Shown in pieces: positions 50,001 to 62,872 of a DNA stretch of 64,000 bases (positions within the stretch are counted from its first letter, which is position 1; each line of letters opens with the position of its first letter). The stretch lies in the NCBI RefSeq assembly GCF_964204645.1, contig NC_134032.1, positions 558,001 to 622,000 on the forward strand, written 5' to 3'. This stretch comes from Tubulanus polymorphus. Lineage: Eukaryota > Animalia > Nemertea. A program made the position numbers and the translations under genes. The notes under the pieces are model-generated. The model worked only from the letters and a program-made list of their open reading frames with translations, made no database searches and was not told the DNA's origin.

Positions 50001-53000
50001 CTTCGGCCGATTCCTGAATACTGACGCTCTCCTCATCCTCCGGTATCGTGTCGTCGACGCGCACGTTACCTCCGCTGCCGCCACCTACGTTCAACTGGCC
50101 GATGCTGGACGCGGGACTCGTCAGCGAGCTTCGGTTCGCCGAGTTGATTTGATTGGACGACGTCTTGCGGAACAGTCGCGACGAACGCGGTGTGCTGCTG
50201 AAACGTTTCGCCGGCTGAAAGCAAAATTCGAATCGATGAGTTTTTTCGAACGTCTGCAGCGACAGGAAACATGAAACGAATTCATGTGAAATGAATTCCG
50301 TGTTTATGCGTTTCATTTGTCTACTCATACAACGAAAATAGGATACGATTCATCAACCCGTTTCAGCGCGTCTACACCGCAGTGCGGTGTATAAATCGAT
50401 GATCGAACTAGTTAGTACACTGCTTCAACATGCAAAAAAAGTGTCAGGGCGGATTCGGGCGGCTTGAGGAGTAATAGTCAGGGTGGATACTGGTGGATTG
50501 AGGAGTTATAGTCAGGGTGGATACAGGTGGATTGAGGAGTAATAGTCAGGGTGGATACGGGTGGCTCGAATGCTAATGGGTTAACTCTAACCCAACTGCA
50601 GCTCGTGGTGTTTAAGGGTTAATTTCAATGCGTAACTCACCCGTACAGAATTAGGGGTGGCAGCGTTTAGGAATTGACTGTTCCAATTCGTCTCCGTCAC
50701 TTTCTCGCGCGCAATTTTCTTCGGGGAATTTTTAGCGCCGCCAATTTCCCTAGAATGAACAAATTAAACACAATTCATAACACGCCAGTTAGTGACAGAG
50801 AAATGTAATCGTTTTCATCCATTTTTTTCATGCGCGCGATTTGTTTTTCTGACCTACCTCAAATTCCAGCTGGTGCAGATCGGGGTTATCATGTTCGAAG
50901 ACTCCATCATCATTGCCTCCAACATCCAATAGAGGGCGCACAGTTGACGAAACAATGCTTGACTAGAAAACAAACATTATATCTTTTATGAGTGAAAAGT
51001 CGCTGATTTTCCCTGCAGAGAAAATAAATCCTGAATTCCCTGATTTCGTCTGTGTCAGAACCGTGGGTTCATTGCAGGTAAATTACCTATTAAGACCGGG
51101 GGCCGGTTGCACAGTCATGACTAAAGTCCAAAAGTGGTCTTAAATCTTAAGACTCGTCTTAAGTTGTTAGATTGACTATAGAACTTAGTTGGTCTTAGAC
51201 TGTTCTTAAGTCTAAGCCATGACTATGCAACCGGCCCCAGATCTAACAACTTTAAGACCAGTCTAAGCTCATTTTGGTTCTATAACCAATCTAACAACTT
51301 AAGACCAGTATAAGCTCATTTTGGTTCTATAACCAATCTAACAACTTAAGACCAGTCTAAGCTCATTTTGGTTCTATAACCAATCTAACAACTTAAGACC
51401 AGTCTAAGCTCATTTTGGTTCTATAACCAATCTAACAACTTAAGACCAGTCTAAGCTCATTTTGGTTCTATAACCAATCTAACAACTCAAGACCAATCTC
51501 TCAGCTAATTTTGGTTCTATAGCCAATCTAACAACTTAAGATTAGTCTAAGCTCATTTTGGTTCTATAACCAATCTAACAACTTAAGACTAGTCTAAACT
51601 CATTTAGTCTAATAACTTTAGACCAGTGTTTTCAATAAGAGCCAGGTCCCAGGTCCGTCTGTTGTTTGTAAAGGACCCGCCTGTTTTTTCAAACCAGCCT
51701 TCGTCTCAGGGACTGTGACGTATTATGGGACCCTCCTGTTTTTCAAAGGGACCTGGCTTGTTAATTTCTTGTTGAAAACACTGTAGACCAGCCTTAAGAT
51801 CCATGAACACATTTGGAAACACGACAGAGCGACTAAGGCGTAAGTGACTAAACTGTGACGGTGAAGTTGAAGCGATTACTTACATTTGAGCCTCCGAGTA
51901 ATATTTCTCGCGTGGATCCTCGCCGTCGTCATGGAGAATGTTCGTTTGAGGCGTGTACGGACGACAGCTCGGTAATTTACGTTTACTGTTCGATTTCGGC
52001 GTCGGTCGTACGAACGCGTTGAACTGTTGCGCGGATGTTTCCAGTCTATTTTTCGAGAAACAAACATTTATTATATATCAAGCATCGGATAAACAATATC
52101 TACAGTCACATTGTGCGATATTAAACATCGACTAGAGTTTCAAGATCTAACAATTCAATCCTTGCTAACGTCTATCTATTTCAACCTGATTTGAGAGCAT
52201 TCTGGGTGGCCTAGCTGGCTCATTTTGGTAGAACATACCTGATAAAGGTCTTAATGGGACCAGAAAGGACGGGCAGTCGACCTCAATCATCATTTTTTAA
52301 TCCATTTGAAACTGTATTGAAGGATATCCAAAAAGTCTTTATTGCAATTGGTTTATGAGTAAAAAGAGACTCCATGATTTGAAAGTTTAACAATATGTCT
52401 CCATGCCTACCAACTGAAGTTTGGTATGTAGGCATGGAAACATATTGCTAAACTTTCAAATCATGGAGTCTCTTTTCACTTATTCATTTCTCTTCATTTA
52501 AGTGAAGACTTTTTGGATATCCTTCAATACAGTTTCGAATGGATTGAAAAATGATGATTTAGGTCGACTGCCAGTGCTTTCCGTTCCTACTAAGACCTTT
52601 ATACCCTAGTGTGTTGAATAACGGGAATAGCACTATAGTGCGTCTACACCGCGGTGCAGTGTATCGTTAGTTACTGATATTTCACTATGTTTGACAGGTG
52701 CTGCCATCTTTCAAGAGAGATAATTAGTAATTACTTATTAAATCAATACACCTCGGTGTACTAGCAAAATCCATCACTGATTCGTACACCGCACTGCGGT
52801 GTAGACGCACTGAAAGGGTTAAGTCGACCCGAGCTTAGCTTCAAGTTGTAATTTCTGGCGGCAAAGTCTCAAGCACCCCCTGCAGGTGCAAATGGAAACA
52901 ATCGGAATGAATGAATTCGTACCCGGTGAAAGCGACTTTATTTTTCGGATCCGACGGGTCGTACAAAGTAATCGGAACGTCTTCGTTAGTTTCTCTGTTG

Positions 53001-56000
53001 CTGTAGATATTCGGTGAGAAATAACTGAAATATATATATATATAGAAGAAACACACGTCAAAACAATGCGTCGAGTCGTCGCGCTCAAGTGGCGGTTGGC
53101 TAGTCGAGTACCACGCACTAGCAACGCGATCGGTCGCGATTCACACACAAGACTGTGTCACACGGTTCCGACAGATCGGTCACTCCTGGATATGAACAGT
53201 TTTCGAAGGGAAAATTTCAAGGAAGCGTCTGCATCACTTTCACATCTGGTATCAAATAACCAGACGAGTAGTAATATGTCGGTTAACTAATTATTTGACG
53301 CAGGAGCTTTCGCTTCTAATGTATAGAAGCTTCATTAGGCGAATGAGTGACTCGATAAACTGATGAAGCCTCTATACACCAAGTAGAGAAAGTTTGTATT
53401 TCAAATAAATAGCAATCTATATATATAGTACTAGTTGTCTCGTTTCACTAGCTGGTTGTGTATAGAGGCTTCATCGGGTTATCGAGTCACTCAGTCACCT
53501 GGGGCCAGTTGCACAGTTGTGACTTAAGCCCAAAATTGGTCTGAAATCTTAAGACTGGTTTTTAATTGTTAGATTGGCTATAGAACGAAGTTGGTCTTAG
53601 ACTGGTCTTAAGTCTAAGCCATGACTATGCAACTGGGCCCTGATGAAGCTTCTATTCATTAATAGCGAAAGCTCATGCGTCAAATGAATAGTTAACCTAT
53701 ACAGTAATACTCCGTCACGTTTCTTATTCTAAACCCGATTAACACCAGGGGCCGGTTCCACAGTCATGGCTTAAACTTTAGACCAATCGAAGACCGTCTT
53801 AGTTCTACCTAATCTAACAGTTTAAGACCAGTTTTAAGTTTTAAGACCACTTTTTGACTTGAGGTCTCAACTATGGAACCGGCCCCGGGCTACTCAACAA
53901 ATCTTCTCATACCTGGTATCCCAATTACGGTAGGGGACTCCTACTAAATCAGTACTGTATCTCAGTAAACCATTAATTCAGTGGTTTTGTAAGCAAATTT
54001 TTATCCTACACCCTACCTAAACTCGGTTTTCTAATTTTGCACCCCTGGGGCCGGTTGCATAGTCATGGCTTAGACTTAAGACCATTCTAAGACCAACTTA
54101 GTTCTATAGCCAATCTTAAGTCAGTCTTAAGATCTCTTTTGGACTTAAGTCACGACTGTGCAACTGGTATAGTTCCACAGTTCTGAGTTAGAGTTAACTA
54201 TTCGTTAAAACGAAATCATTTTCAATGAGTTAACTCGGGAGTCAAGTCTTAACTCGCGACCGTGGAACCGAGTCCCGATGATAGATAAACCGAGACGAAC
54301 CTTTTCAAATCGACGTCCTCGCCGAGTTCGTCGTCCGTTACATCGCTGTCCTGGTCGCTCGGTTTCTTCGTTTCACGTTTCGCCGGTTGCCATTCCGTGC
54401 GTTGACGCAATTGTTCTTTCCTCAGTTCGTCGGCCGCGGCGTCCAACTGTTAAATACGTAAAATCAGAATTCGTGAACACAATCATTTTTTAGTTATGTA
54501 GATCGAATATTTTCACATTCAAAATGGCTTCGTAAATATCTTGTAACTAATATCAGTTCAAAGCAAAAAGTACAGCCGCAGATTTTGTGTATGGATGGAC
54601 CCTCAACATATTTAACTTGAAAATAAACTTTTTAACTCAGAGCTAGATCTCTAGCTCACAACTGACTTCGTTAAGGCACCAGTATACAGGGCTTTTTTTC
54701 AATTTCGAAATCAGGGATTTCTCTTTTTTATCAATTTGATTAAGAAATTTGATCAGAAATGTCGAATACAATCTCACCACACTGGTCGCCGAACGAAAGG
54801 GGGAATTTGATTTCGAAATCGGAAATCGAAGTACAGATATAGTCGGTTGATCGGTCGACCGTCACAGCCTAGCTACATGTAAACAATAAGGGCATCTTCA
54901 GTTTTCTATACCTTTGCTTGTCGTTCTTGCGTAATCAGATGGAAAAGACCGTGTCCGAGACTAACATTTCTCATCAGATGTCGAGCGTGTACGACTTCTT
55001 TGTTCAACGTGTTCAGGTCTTTTCGATTTTTCCTCAAGATAAATTTCGCCGGCGTCTGAAAATATAAATACACCGGCATTCAAATAAAATATCAATCGGG
55101 ATCCATTGGATATACAGGGTCCCTACAGATCAGTGATTACTGGATATACAGGGTCCCTACAGATTGGTTATTCCTGGATATACAGGGTCCCTACAGATCA
55201 GTGATTACTGGATATACAGGGTCCCTACAGATCAGTCATTCCTGGATATACAGGGTCCCTACAGATCAGTGATTACTGGATATACAGGGTCCCTACAGAT
55301 CAGTCATTCCTGGATATACAGGGCCCCTACAGATTGGTTATTCCTGGATATACAGGGTCCCTACAGATCAGTGATTACTGGATATACAGGGTCCCTACAG
55401 ATCAGTGATTCCTGGATATACAGGGTCCCTACAGATCAGCCATTCCTGGATATACAGGGTCCCTACAGATCAGTCATTCCTGGACATACAGGGTTCCTAC
55501 AGATCAGTCATTACTGGATATACAGGGTCCCTACAGATCAGTCATTACTGGATATACAGGGTCCCTACAGATCAGTCATTCCTGGACATACAGGGTTCCT
55601 ACAGACCAGTCATTACTGGATATACAGGGTCCCTACAGATCAGTGATTACTGGATATACAGGGTCCCTACAGATCAGTGATTCCTGGATATACAGGGTCC
55701 CTACAGATCAGCCATTCCTGGATATACAGGGTCCCTACAGATCAGTCATTCCTGGATATACAGGGTCCCTACAGATCAGTCATTCCTGGATATACAGGGT
55801 CCCTACAGATCAGTCATTTCACTTTCATATCCCAATTACAGAAGACCCTTAATCGGTACTGTTTATCTCATTAAACCATTAATTCAGGGGTTTTGTAAGT
55901 AAATTTCTATTCTTTTTACTAATAAACACAGTTAGCCTAATAATTTTGTAACCGCCCAATTTGGTATAAACAATCCAGGTCCAAACTGTACCGATTTAGG

Positions 56001-59000
56001 GCGTAGAGTTTTAAAGCAGTTTCTGACATTTTGCTCAAATCAAAAAGGAGTTTCCAATAAGCAACCTCGAAAGAATTTTCTGTATAGAATGAGTTTGTAA
56101 GGAATCAATGAGTCGTAGGCGTCTGCCAATAGTCGACGCCCGTTCGGTGCCTCACAATGTAGATCACCATTCTGCAAGACGCGATCATTTTCTCACTATG
56201 AATAAAAACCTGTCCAGTATTGATTAAAATCATCGCACATAATTCAGTAATTATTCGATCTGTTGGATATGAATAGATTTACCACCGACCGACTGTCACA
56301 CGCAAAAAAATTCCAGTTACCTTTGATCGATTTGATTTCAACTCATTAATAAAAACAGGTCCTACTGATCAGCCGTGGGTATTCTGTGGCGCTGTATTGT
56401 AAGCCGTATAGATAAATAATGAATGTGATTTATAGCGCTTAACTGTTAACAACGCGCGATCACAAAAAAAAATATCAGTGTCACGCAAGGAAAAAATGTG
56501 CAAGGTGCAGAAATCAGCGCGAGACGTTAGACGCCAGTCGTAACCCTAAACATCAGTTGAAACAAAATGCAAGGATTAAAATTAGTATTGAAAAAGTCGG
56601 AAAATATTATTAAAAAAAGAATTTTTTGGGGAATAAAAATCAGTAACCTTTAGCCAAAATGTTAATAGTTTGGGTCTGAATTTGAGCTGCTTTATGAATA
56701 AGACGCCGTATTAGTTTCTCTGACTCCACAATTGTGCTTAATACCGCCGAAAACTGTCTTAAGGAGCACTCCTAACTACGGAGCGCTCCGATGTGACGCG
56801 CGAGATTGAGGCGATTTACACTGATCTCAGGAATGAAGAAAATGGAAGAAAAGGTCGGAAATCCGTCTACGAACAAAACTAAAAACATTTCTCAAAATTC
56901 AAGGGGTTTTTTAAAAGAGTTTTGTGCATTTTGCTTAAATTTCTAAAGGAGTTTCTGAGCACCTAAGCACCTTCAAAAACATTTTCCATTCACGAGTTTT
57001 TAAGGAATCGAAGAGTCGTTAAGGACCCTAGATGTATTTGCCTCGTACATCTCATCGGTAATTTCTTCGAATTAAAAGTCACCAAAAAAAAGAACACGAA
57101 TTGTTGAAACGCCCGCGACCCCCGATACCTGCCGTCGCTGTCCCTAAATACATACTATCGGTTTCGGAGTTGTCGAGTCGGCTTTAAGTTCATCGTCCTC
57201 GTCCGACGTCGTCGACGCTTCGTCATCGGTGTTCTATAAAACAACGTGTCGACAACAATTAAAATGAATCCCCAAAACTAACGACAAAAAATAACATCCA
57301 AAACACAAGTCTCTTTGAACTAGTTATTTAGGCTGAAGAAAATTGAAACCTTGTTTCTCATTTTTGCTGAGCTCAAAAGTAAAGTTGACCCGGCCGACCG
57401 CCTATCTACCATATACATAACTTTTTTTTTAAAAATTGTGATCAATTTCACCATAACAGACCCGGCCGCTATAGAAATGAACTGTTTACAAATTTTATTA
57501 TATTTTTCAAAAATGACCCGGCCACTGCGGAGAAACAAGGTATCATTTTTGCTTAGCCCTATTTGTTTCTTTGAAATCCCCGCTAAATTGAGGAATCCAA
57601 GCCTCTGCGAGTTTAAAAGTCGACCCGACTGGCCGCCTTTCGACCCCTATAAATTACCCTTTTTTTTCTTAAATCATGACCAAGCCCACAACAGAACAAC
57701 CAACTATAGAAATGACCTGATTACGAAATCTACCGCAGTTTAGAAGGAACAAGGTCTCATTCTATTTTAGCCTTATTTCATGTTTCTACTGAAGAAGTCA
57801 TCTTTAGGAATAGAAGTGTTATAACAAAATCGTGAGATATATTTGAAACGCAATCCAGAACAAAGAGACTTATTAAGTAATAAAGTGATACAAACTACAC
57901 GATCTGCCCCCATATTTTTGACGCGCAAACAATAATTTGAAAATTTTGTGAAAATGCTCACAAATGTATATGTGAACTGGGAGTTTACAGAGACTCATTG
58001 AACACACTAAGGCGGAGTGGTTAGAATGTTCGACTCTGGGAAGCCAGGTCGTGGGTTCAAACCCTGTAGTGTCCTCGGGCAAGACACTCAATCCTCATTG
58101 CCTCTCTTTACCCAGGGAATAAATGTGTACCTGTGACTCCTGAGCGCTTGTTAGCAGCTCGGTGTTACATCTACCCAGCAAGAGAGGACTGATACATGTT
58201 ACTAAATGGCTGGGGTAATAATACCGAAAATTGTTAAGCGCTCTGAGCAGCTTCCCTGGATTCAGCGTGATATGACACATTATTATTTAATGATCTATTA
58301 TACCTGTTGCTCTGTTACTCCAAATGAAAAGACATCAAAATCCCAGGCAATTTTATGAAATCTCTGTTTTAGTCCAGACCAAGTCGGACCATCGGCTATT
58401 TCAAAAATCTTTTGATGTCTGTAACGTGTCGATGTGATAGCCATTTTAACTAATCAATCATAGAAACGGTTGCCGAGCCGATAGTTACTATGATACGGTT
58501 ACTAAGGTGATTTTTCAAGGTGAATTTAAGGAGACTTACTGATGCGATTTTTTATGATTTAAGTCCACTTTCAGCTCGTTCCGGTTTAACCAATCCCTGA
58601 ATCTACCAGGCCTTATAATCTATCTAAGGTACATTTTCGGAATTTGAGGGCCCCAGGACTAAGACTCAATATTTTAATAATATATATAGGCTAAAGGGTT
58701 AAAGAGATTTTCTATAAGCCTAAGGCAAATTTTCAGAATTTGAGGGGCCAAGGGCTAAAAACTCAATATTTGAGGGTTAATGTCTCCTCGAAATTTTGGA
58801 ATTTGAACCGGTTTTCGATGGATCTGAGGGGCCCTGAACTAAACCCCGTGAACGATGCCGAAAAAATGATGCAAACTTACGTCGTCCCATTGCCCGAGGG
58901 CGCTGAGTATCAACTTGCGTTCCTCGAGAAAGAACGGATCGCCGATACCCTGATACGGTTTATGAGATACAGCCGAGAACCCCTGCTGAGTTAGCTGCTG

Positions 59001-59162
59001 CAGTCGACGTGCGTAGTTCTCTTTACGGATGACCTCTCGCGTCGGACAGGTGGCGTTGTAAACCGTGTCGCTGCGGGCTTGGATTTTGACGCCTTTGTGC
59101 GAATCGATCGGCAGCGGGAGTTGTTTGACGTAGCATCGCGGGTCTCTGCTGCTGCTCGGCAT
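43227..59162 (-). CDS. CCDC60: Coiled-coil domain-containing protein 60 ortholog (~753 aa, 15 coding exons)
   Basis: Phase-consistent GT-AG exons: 59162-58881, 57233-57156, 55055-54912, 54446-54301, 53024-52923, 52045-51884, 50962-50858, 50749-50641, 50214-49980, 48892-48714, 47550-47453, 45293-45153, 44892-44746, 43792-43702, 43469-43227. Motifs RPYTP, LFRQLCALYWMLEAM and LREWEICSPDVSAAIEFCRE match human CCDC60 as I recall it (RPFTP, LFRQLCALHWLLEAL, WELCSPDIAVAIEFVRE). Confidence 0.9.
43538..43675. mobile_element. ~140-bp Harbinger-like MITE with CTG target-site duplication (copies ~39999-40135, 51098-51238, 53502-53639, 53749-53886, 54047-54167)
   Basis: TIRs gggcc.gttgca / tgcaac.ggccc flanked by ctg..ctg at 43535/43676 and at 53499/53640. 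Confidence 0.75.
43843..44375 (+). repeat. 56-bp minisatellite (~9.5 units)
   Basis: gtaagaccctcagtaacatctttcatatttctgttcaaattaatcagtaatcaac. Confidence 0.9.
46715..47012 (+). mobile_element. 5'-truncated SINE with expanded (TTA)n tail
   Basis: Same body as 58006-58290; (TTA)n at 46917-47012. Confidence 0.7.
47777..48353 (+). repeat. 34-bp minisatellite (~17 units)
   Basis: acagggttcctacagatcagt(c/g)attcctggatat. Confidence 0.95.
48915..49425 (+). repeat. 44-bp minisatellite (~10 units) running into a MITE
   Basis: caggatccagttccacagttgtgagttagagttaactctgaact, ending in the inverted terminus ..actgtggaaccggaccc. Confidence 0.9.
51240..51628 (+). repeat. 47-bp minisatellite (~8 units)
   Basis: atctaacaacttaagaccagtctaagctcattttggttctataacca. 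Confidence 0.9.
52242..52601. mobile_element. Long palindromic (foldback) element
   Basis: taaaggtctta..gcagtcgacct..gaaactgtattgaaggatatccaaaaagtc mirrored by gactttttggatatccttcaatacagtttc..aggtcgactgc..taagaccttta. Confidence 0.75.
55106..55817 (+). repeat. 34-bp minisatellite (~21 units), same family as 47777-48353
   Basis: ggatatacagggtccctacagatcagt.att.ct. Confidence 0.95.
58006..58290 (+). mobile_element. tRNA-derived SINE (CORE-like)
   Basis: A-box ggcggagtggttag, B-box gggttcaaaccc, CORE-like gtgtcctcgggcaagacact, short TTA tail. Confidence 0.75.
58304..58444 (-). CDS. CCDC60: Putative alternative first coding exon of CCDC60
   Basis: aaaATGG start, 47 open codons (MAITSTRYRHQKIFEIADGPTW..VTEQQ), phase-0 donor CAG|GTATAA compatible with the next exon; X-box-like sites just upstream. 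Confidence 0.45.
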
Positions 59163-60559
59163 TATACGAAACTAACTACAGCGCCACCTATAACAAAATA
59201 ACAACGGGGTTTTGAGTTTATACTAGCGCGATTGTATAGGATGTAAAGGACATTGCTCTCTCGCCCTTTTCAAAGTTAGTGCCCTTTTTTCATGACGGCC
59301 GGGCTTACTCAACTACAAATAAACCCTCCCCATGACTCCAACTCTCTAGGCCTAAGCCAAAACACCCCCAGTTTGTGGCGGAAAAAAATTACAAAGTCGT
59401 AGGGAACCGTAACAACGACTGGTATTCAGACTAGCCTAACCCTAACCTGCTAACTAAACCAAGCCTATTATCAACTAATCATTAGTTAGTTACCAATCGT
59501 TGGTGGTAAGCTTTTTATAATCGGATGGGCTTATACCAACTTATGGGCTTATGTGGTTTGTGAAAATATCGATCCGATCGTTAAACTAAACCACAGACAG
59601 GTTACTGACTAATTATCAACCCGTCCCTCCCTGCTCAGCTATTCCATTCCAACAAGGCAAGGCTACATTTAGATAGACAATAGGCCTACATGATTCAGAT
59701 TGTATTGAGACGCCGACATTGTTTGTTGATGTTTAAAAAACAATTTTTTATTGGGAAAAATGTTCACACGGCCAGTCAAAAATATTTTATCAAATCATGT
59801 AACTTACTTGTAGAATTAATTTTCAATATTTGTGAGTAAAGTCCGAGAGGACGTCGCCGAGTCGCTGTTATATTAACCAGTAGGCGTAGAGAATAATACT
59901 TCCATGTCTGAGAGTGAGCTCGATGACATTTCAGTGACAGCCATGTGCGTGTGTTTACCGGACACACCGTACATACATCCTCCCGACGCAGATTCGATCA
60001 CTAATTGGTCTCTAAACTCTTTAAAATTAGCTGATTCAACTATTGAGTTATCGATTGATTATCATCGATAACTGAGGCTAAATTGACGTCTTGAAAATGT
60101 GAAACAATCAACCAAGAGATTCTGATCGAATTAAAAGTTGGAATAAAAGCCGGGAGGTAGATCGGTAATTGTAAGCGATGACATTTATAATTAAATAACG
60201 GGTTTCCTAGTTACTAAAAGTACAACAGGTGCGCGCAACAGGTGCACTTGGGGAGGCTCTTAACGGGGGAAACACCCGGAATCCCCGCGCTTCTCTGCAG
60301 TAAAGTGCTGCTACAGAGATTTCTATTCAATTCTATATCTCTTAAAACAAAATTGCACATCGCATTTACAGAAAACAGTCGTAAAATGCAACTTCAGTTC
60401 GCCGATGACTGCACTCTCGATGCACTTTCATCAGGATTCGAACCTGATCAGAGTGCAGTTGAGCGATCTTTGATTTAAGGATTCGACTCTGATCGAAGTA
60501 TTGCTGATGATTATACCTCAATCATATTATTGATTTGATTTCGGGGATTCGAACTACAT

Positions 60560-60690
60560 CGTAATCGAATTGACGTCATCCAATTGGCCGACTTCCCCTA
60601 GGCTCCGCGATTTTTTTTTCACACCAGGTCCGCCATTTTGTTTCAACATGTGACATGCTATCACGTGACCTCAAACATGTAAACACAATA
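60560..60690 (-). promoter_or_regulatory. Promoter-like motif cluster (possible CCDC60 upstream promoter)
   Basis: CRE tgacgtca (~60571), CCAAT, YY1 caaaatggcgg on the minus strand (~60630) and E-box tcacgtgac (~60661). The first CCDC60 coding exon has an upstream acceptor (59188), which implies a 5' non-coding exon. Confidence 0.35.
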
Positions 60691-62621
60691 ACTACCGGTA
60701 TACATAAAACACGTGTTCCTTATAAAACTGGAATAAGTTGAATAACGAGACCCACCAAGTAACAAAACGAGAATTTGAGTCTAGAATATAATCCTTAATT
60801 ATAATGTTAATAAAATTGGGGAATTATATGCTCAATTATATTAATTATAATTTATACTGAAGTAGATATTTTTAGTATATTTTGATAATACAGCAGTTAT
60901 GAAGAGTGAGACTTAAATGATTATTGCACTTTCTATATACGGGATGCAGCAGTTTAGTAACTAAAACCAACAGATTTGTAATAAAGAGTGAGACTTAAAT
61001 GATTATTTCAGTATCTATATACGAGGTAAAACAGATTTGCCATAATTTCTCTGAATTTGGCGTGCATATTTTTAACCGATCATGCGCTCCGCGTAGCCAC
61101 TGACACTCAATACACTTTTCCTTACACTTTCTAAACTTCTTTTCCGCGAAGTGACGTCGTCTAAGGCTGGCTTCATGTCGACGCCTAGACCAACGCAACC
61201 GGCCGGATAATCGTTTTCAAACTTCGAAGCATTTTCAAACTTCAGAAGAAAAGATGCCATTGACCGCAATTCAAGAATGGCCAGTGACCTACCTGCAATA
61301 CCTTTTGAAATCATTCCCCGAAGCTTTTGTTATCGGTGATGCAACCAATCAACGGCTACGAATTTTAAGGGGGTCAGTTAAAAACTGGTGGGCGCTCCTA
61401 CAAGTTGTCATTACACTTGGAAATTCTACACGGCGAAGAAGTCTCTGTCGCTGGATATTTGCTCAGATAGGACACGTTTTAGAAAAAGAGAATTTTCATT
61501 AGATTGTAACAAACGCAGCTGAGCTATTAATACAACTGGATTTTGGCAACAGGACACGGAATTTAAAAATGACTTTAAAATTGACTCTTAAATAAAAGGA
61601 TTACATTTTCAAATTGCTGCTTCATCCACGTTACAAGGTTGCTGTAAGGTAGGTGGAACATTTATTTAACATTAGCGGTCGAAATTATGTTTTATAGGTT
61701 TAGATTTAGGAAAAAATAGTTGCACTTTAGGTTAGGGTTAGGTTAGGTTTAATTAACAGGTACCGGTAGCCAGTGTTACAGCTTCATGGAAGATACAACA
61801 GACTCGCCTACTGATGAAAAACAAGAGCGGTCCGAATTGAATAAGGTAGGACATATTTCAGCGTGGACTTGTCAACTAGAGTTGATACGTCCATGATTTC
61901 AGTGAGAAGAAAAAGACCCCCCGGGCCACAGAAGATCGAACCCGAAGTTGAATGATGATGACAGAGTGGCTTGAAAAAATTCAGGTGCGACTTGTATGAC
62001 ATGTCTAATAGTTCTTGTAGAAATAGAATTGATAGAATTTATGTTAGTTCTAACTAGTTATTTGACCCCCCAATTAAAACATAATTTCAACCGTTAAATC
62101 TTAGGTATTTTGAATATATTTCACAATTATCCAACGCCCCCACCCTCAACACCTCCCCTTAAAAAGCTTCCACGATTTTGTGGGTTAAGCGTGACTTTGG
62201 TAGGATGAGGAATTGACGATTTGGACTTGACAACTTTTTTCTACATAATAGAAACTACATAAACGTTAACACATGAAGAGCTAGGAGGGTTGGACTATTA
62301 ACCCCTCAAAACACATACAGATAACAGTGATACAAATATAAAACTATAGACAAATATACACTTATACAATATTACACATTAAAATGATAGAATTAAATTT
62401 TTCACGCGCCATTTTATTTTGAAGTAATCTCGCGCCATTTTTTCGAAGTCTCATCTCGCGTCATTTCATTTCGAAGTCTCATCTCGCGTCATTTCATTTC
62501 GAAGTCTCATCTCGCGCCATTTTATTTTGAAGTAATCTCGCGCCATTATATCTGTCTTTTTGCGCATCCCAGATAAATCACTTATTTTGTTGTTCTGTAA
62601 TTAATCATATATCAACTCAGT

Positions 62622-62872
62622 TATGTATTGTAATATATGTATTGTAATATGTATTGTACCATGTATTGTATTATGCATTGTATTATGTATTGTAGTATGT
62701 ATTGTATTATGTATTGTAATATGTATTGTATTATGTATTGTACCATGTATTGTATTATGCATTGTACCATGTATTGTATTATGCATTGTACCATGTATTG
62801 TATTATGTATTGTATTATGTATTGTATTATGGATTGTATTATGTATTGTAATATGTATTGTATTATGTATTT
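62622..62872. repeat. (TGTAT)-type low-complexity microsatellite
   Basis: Pentamer-based tgtattgtattatgtattgtacca repeats. Confidence 0.9.

Noticed and set aside
47796-55874. Repetitive ORFs (MIPGYTG...) and poly-N/poly-L ORFs
   Set aside because: Translations of intronic mini- and microsatellites.
58006-58075. tRNA gene
   Set aside because: It continues into a SINE body that has a second copy at 46715.
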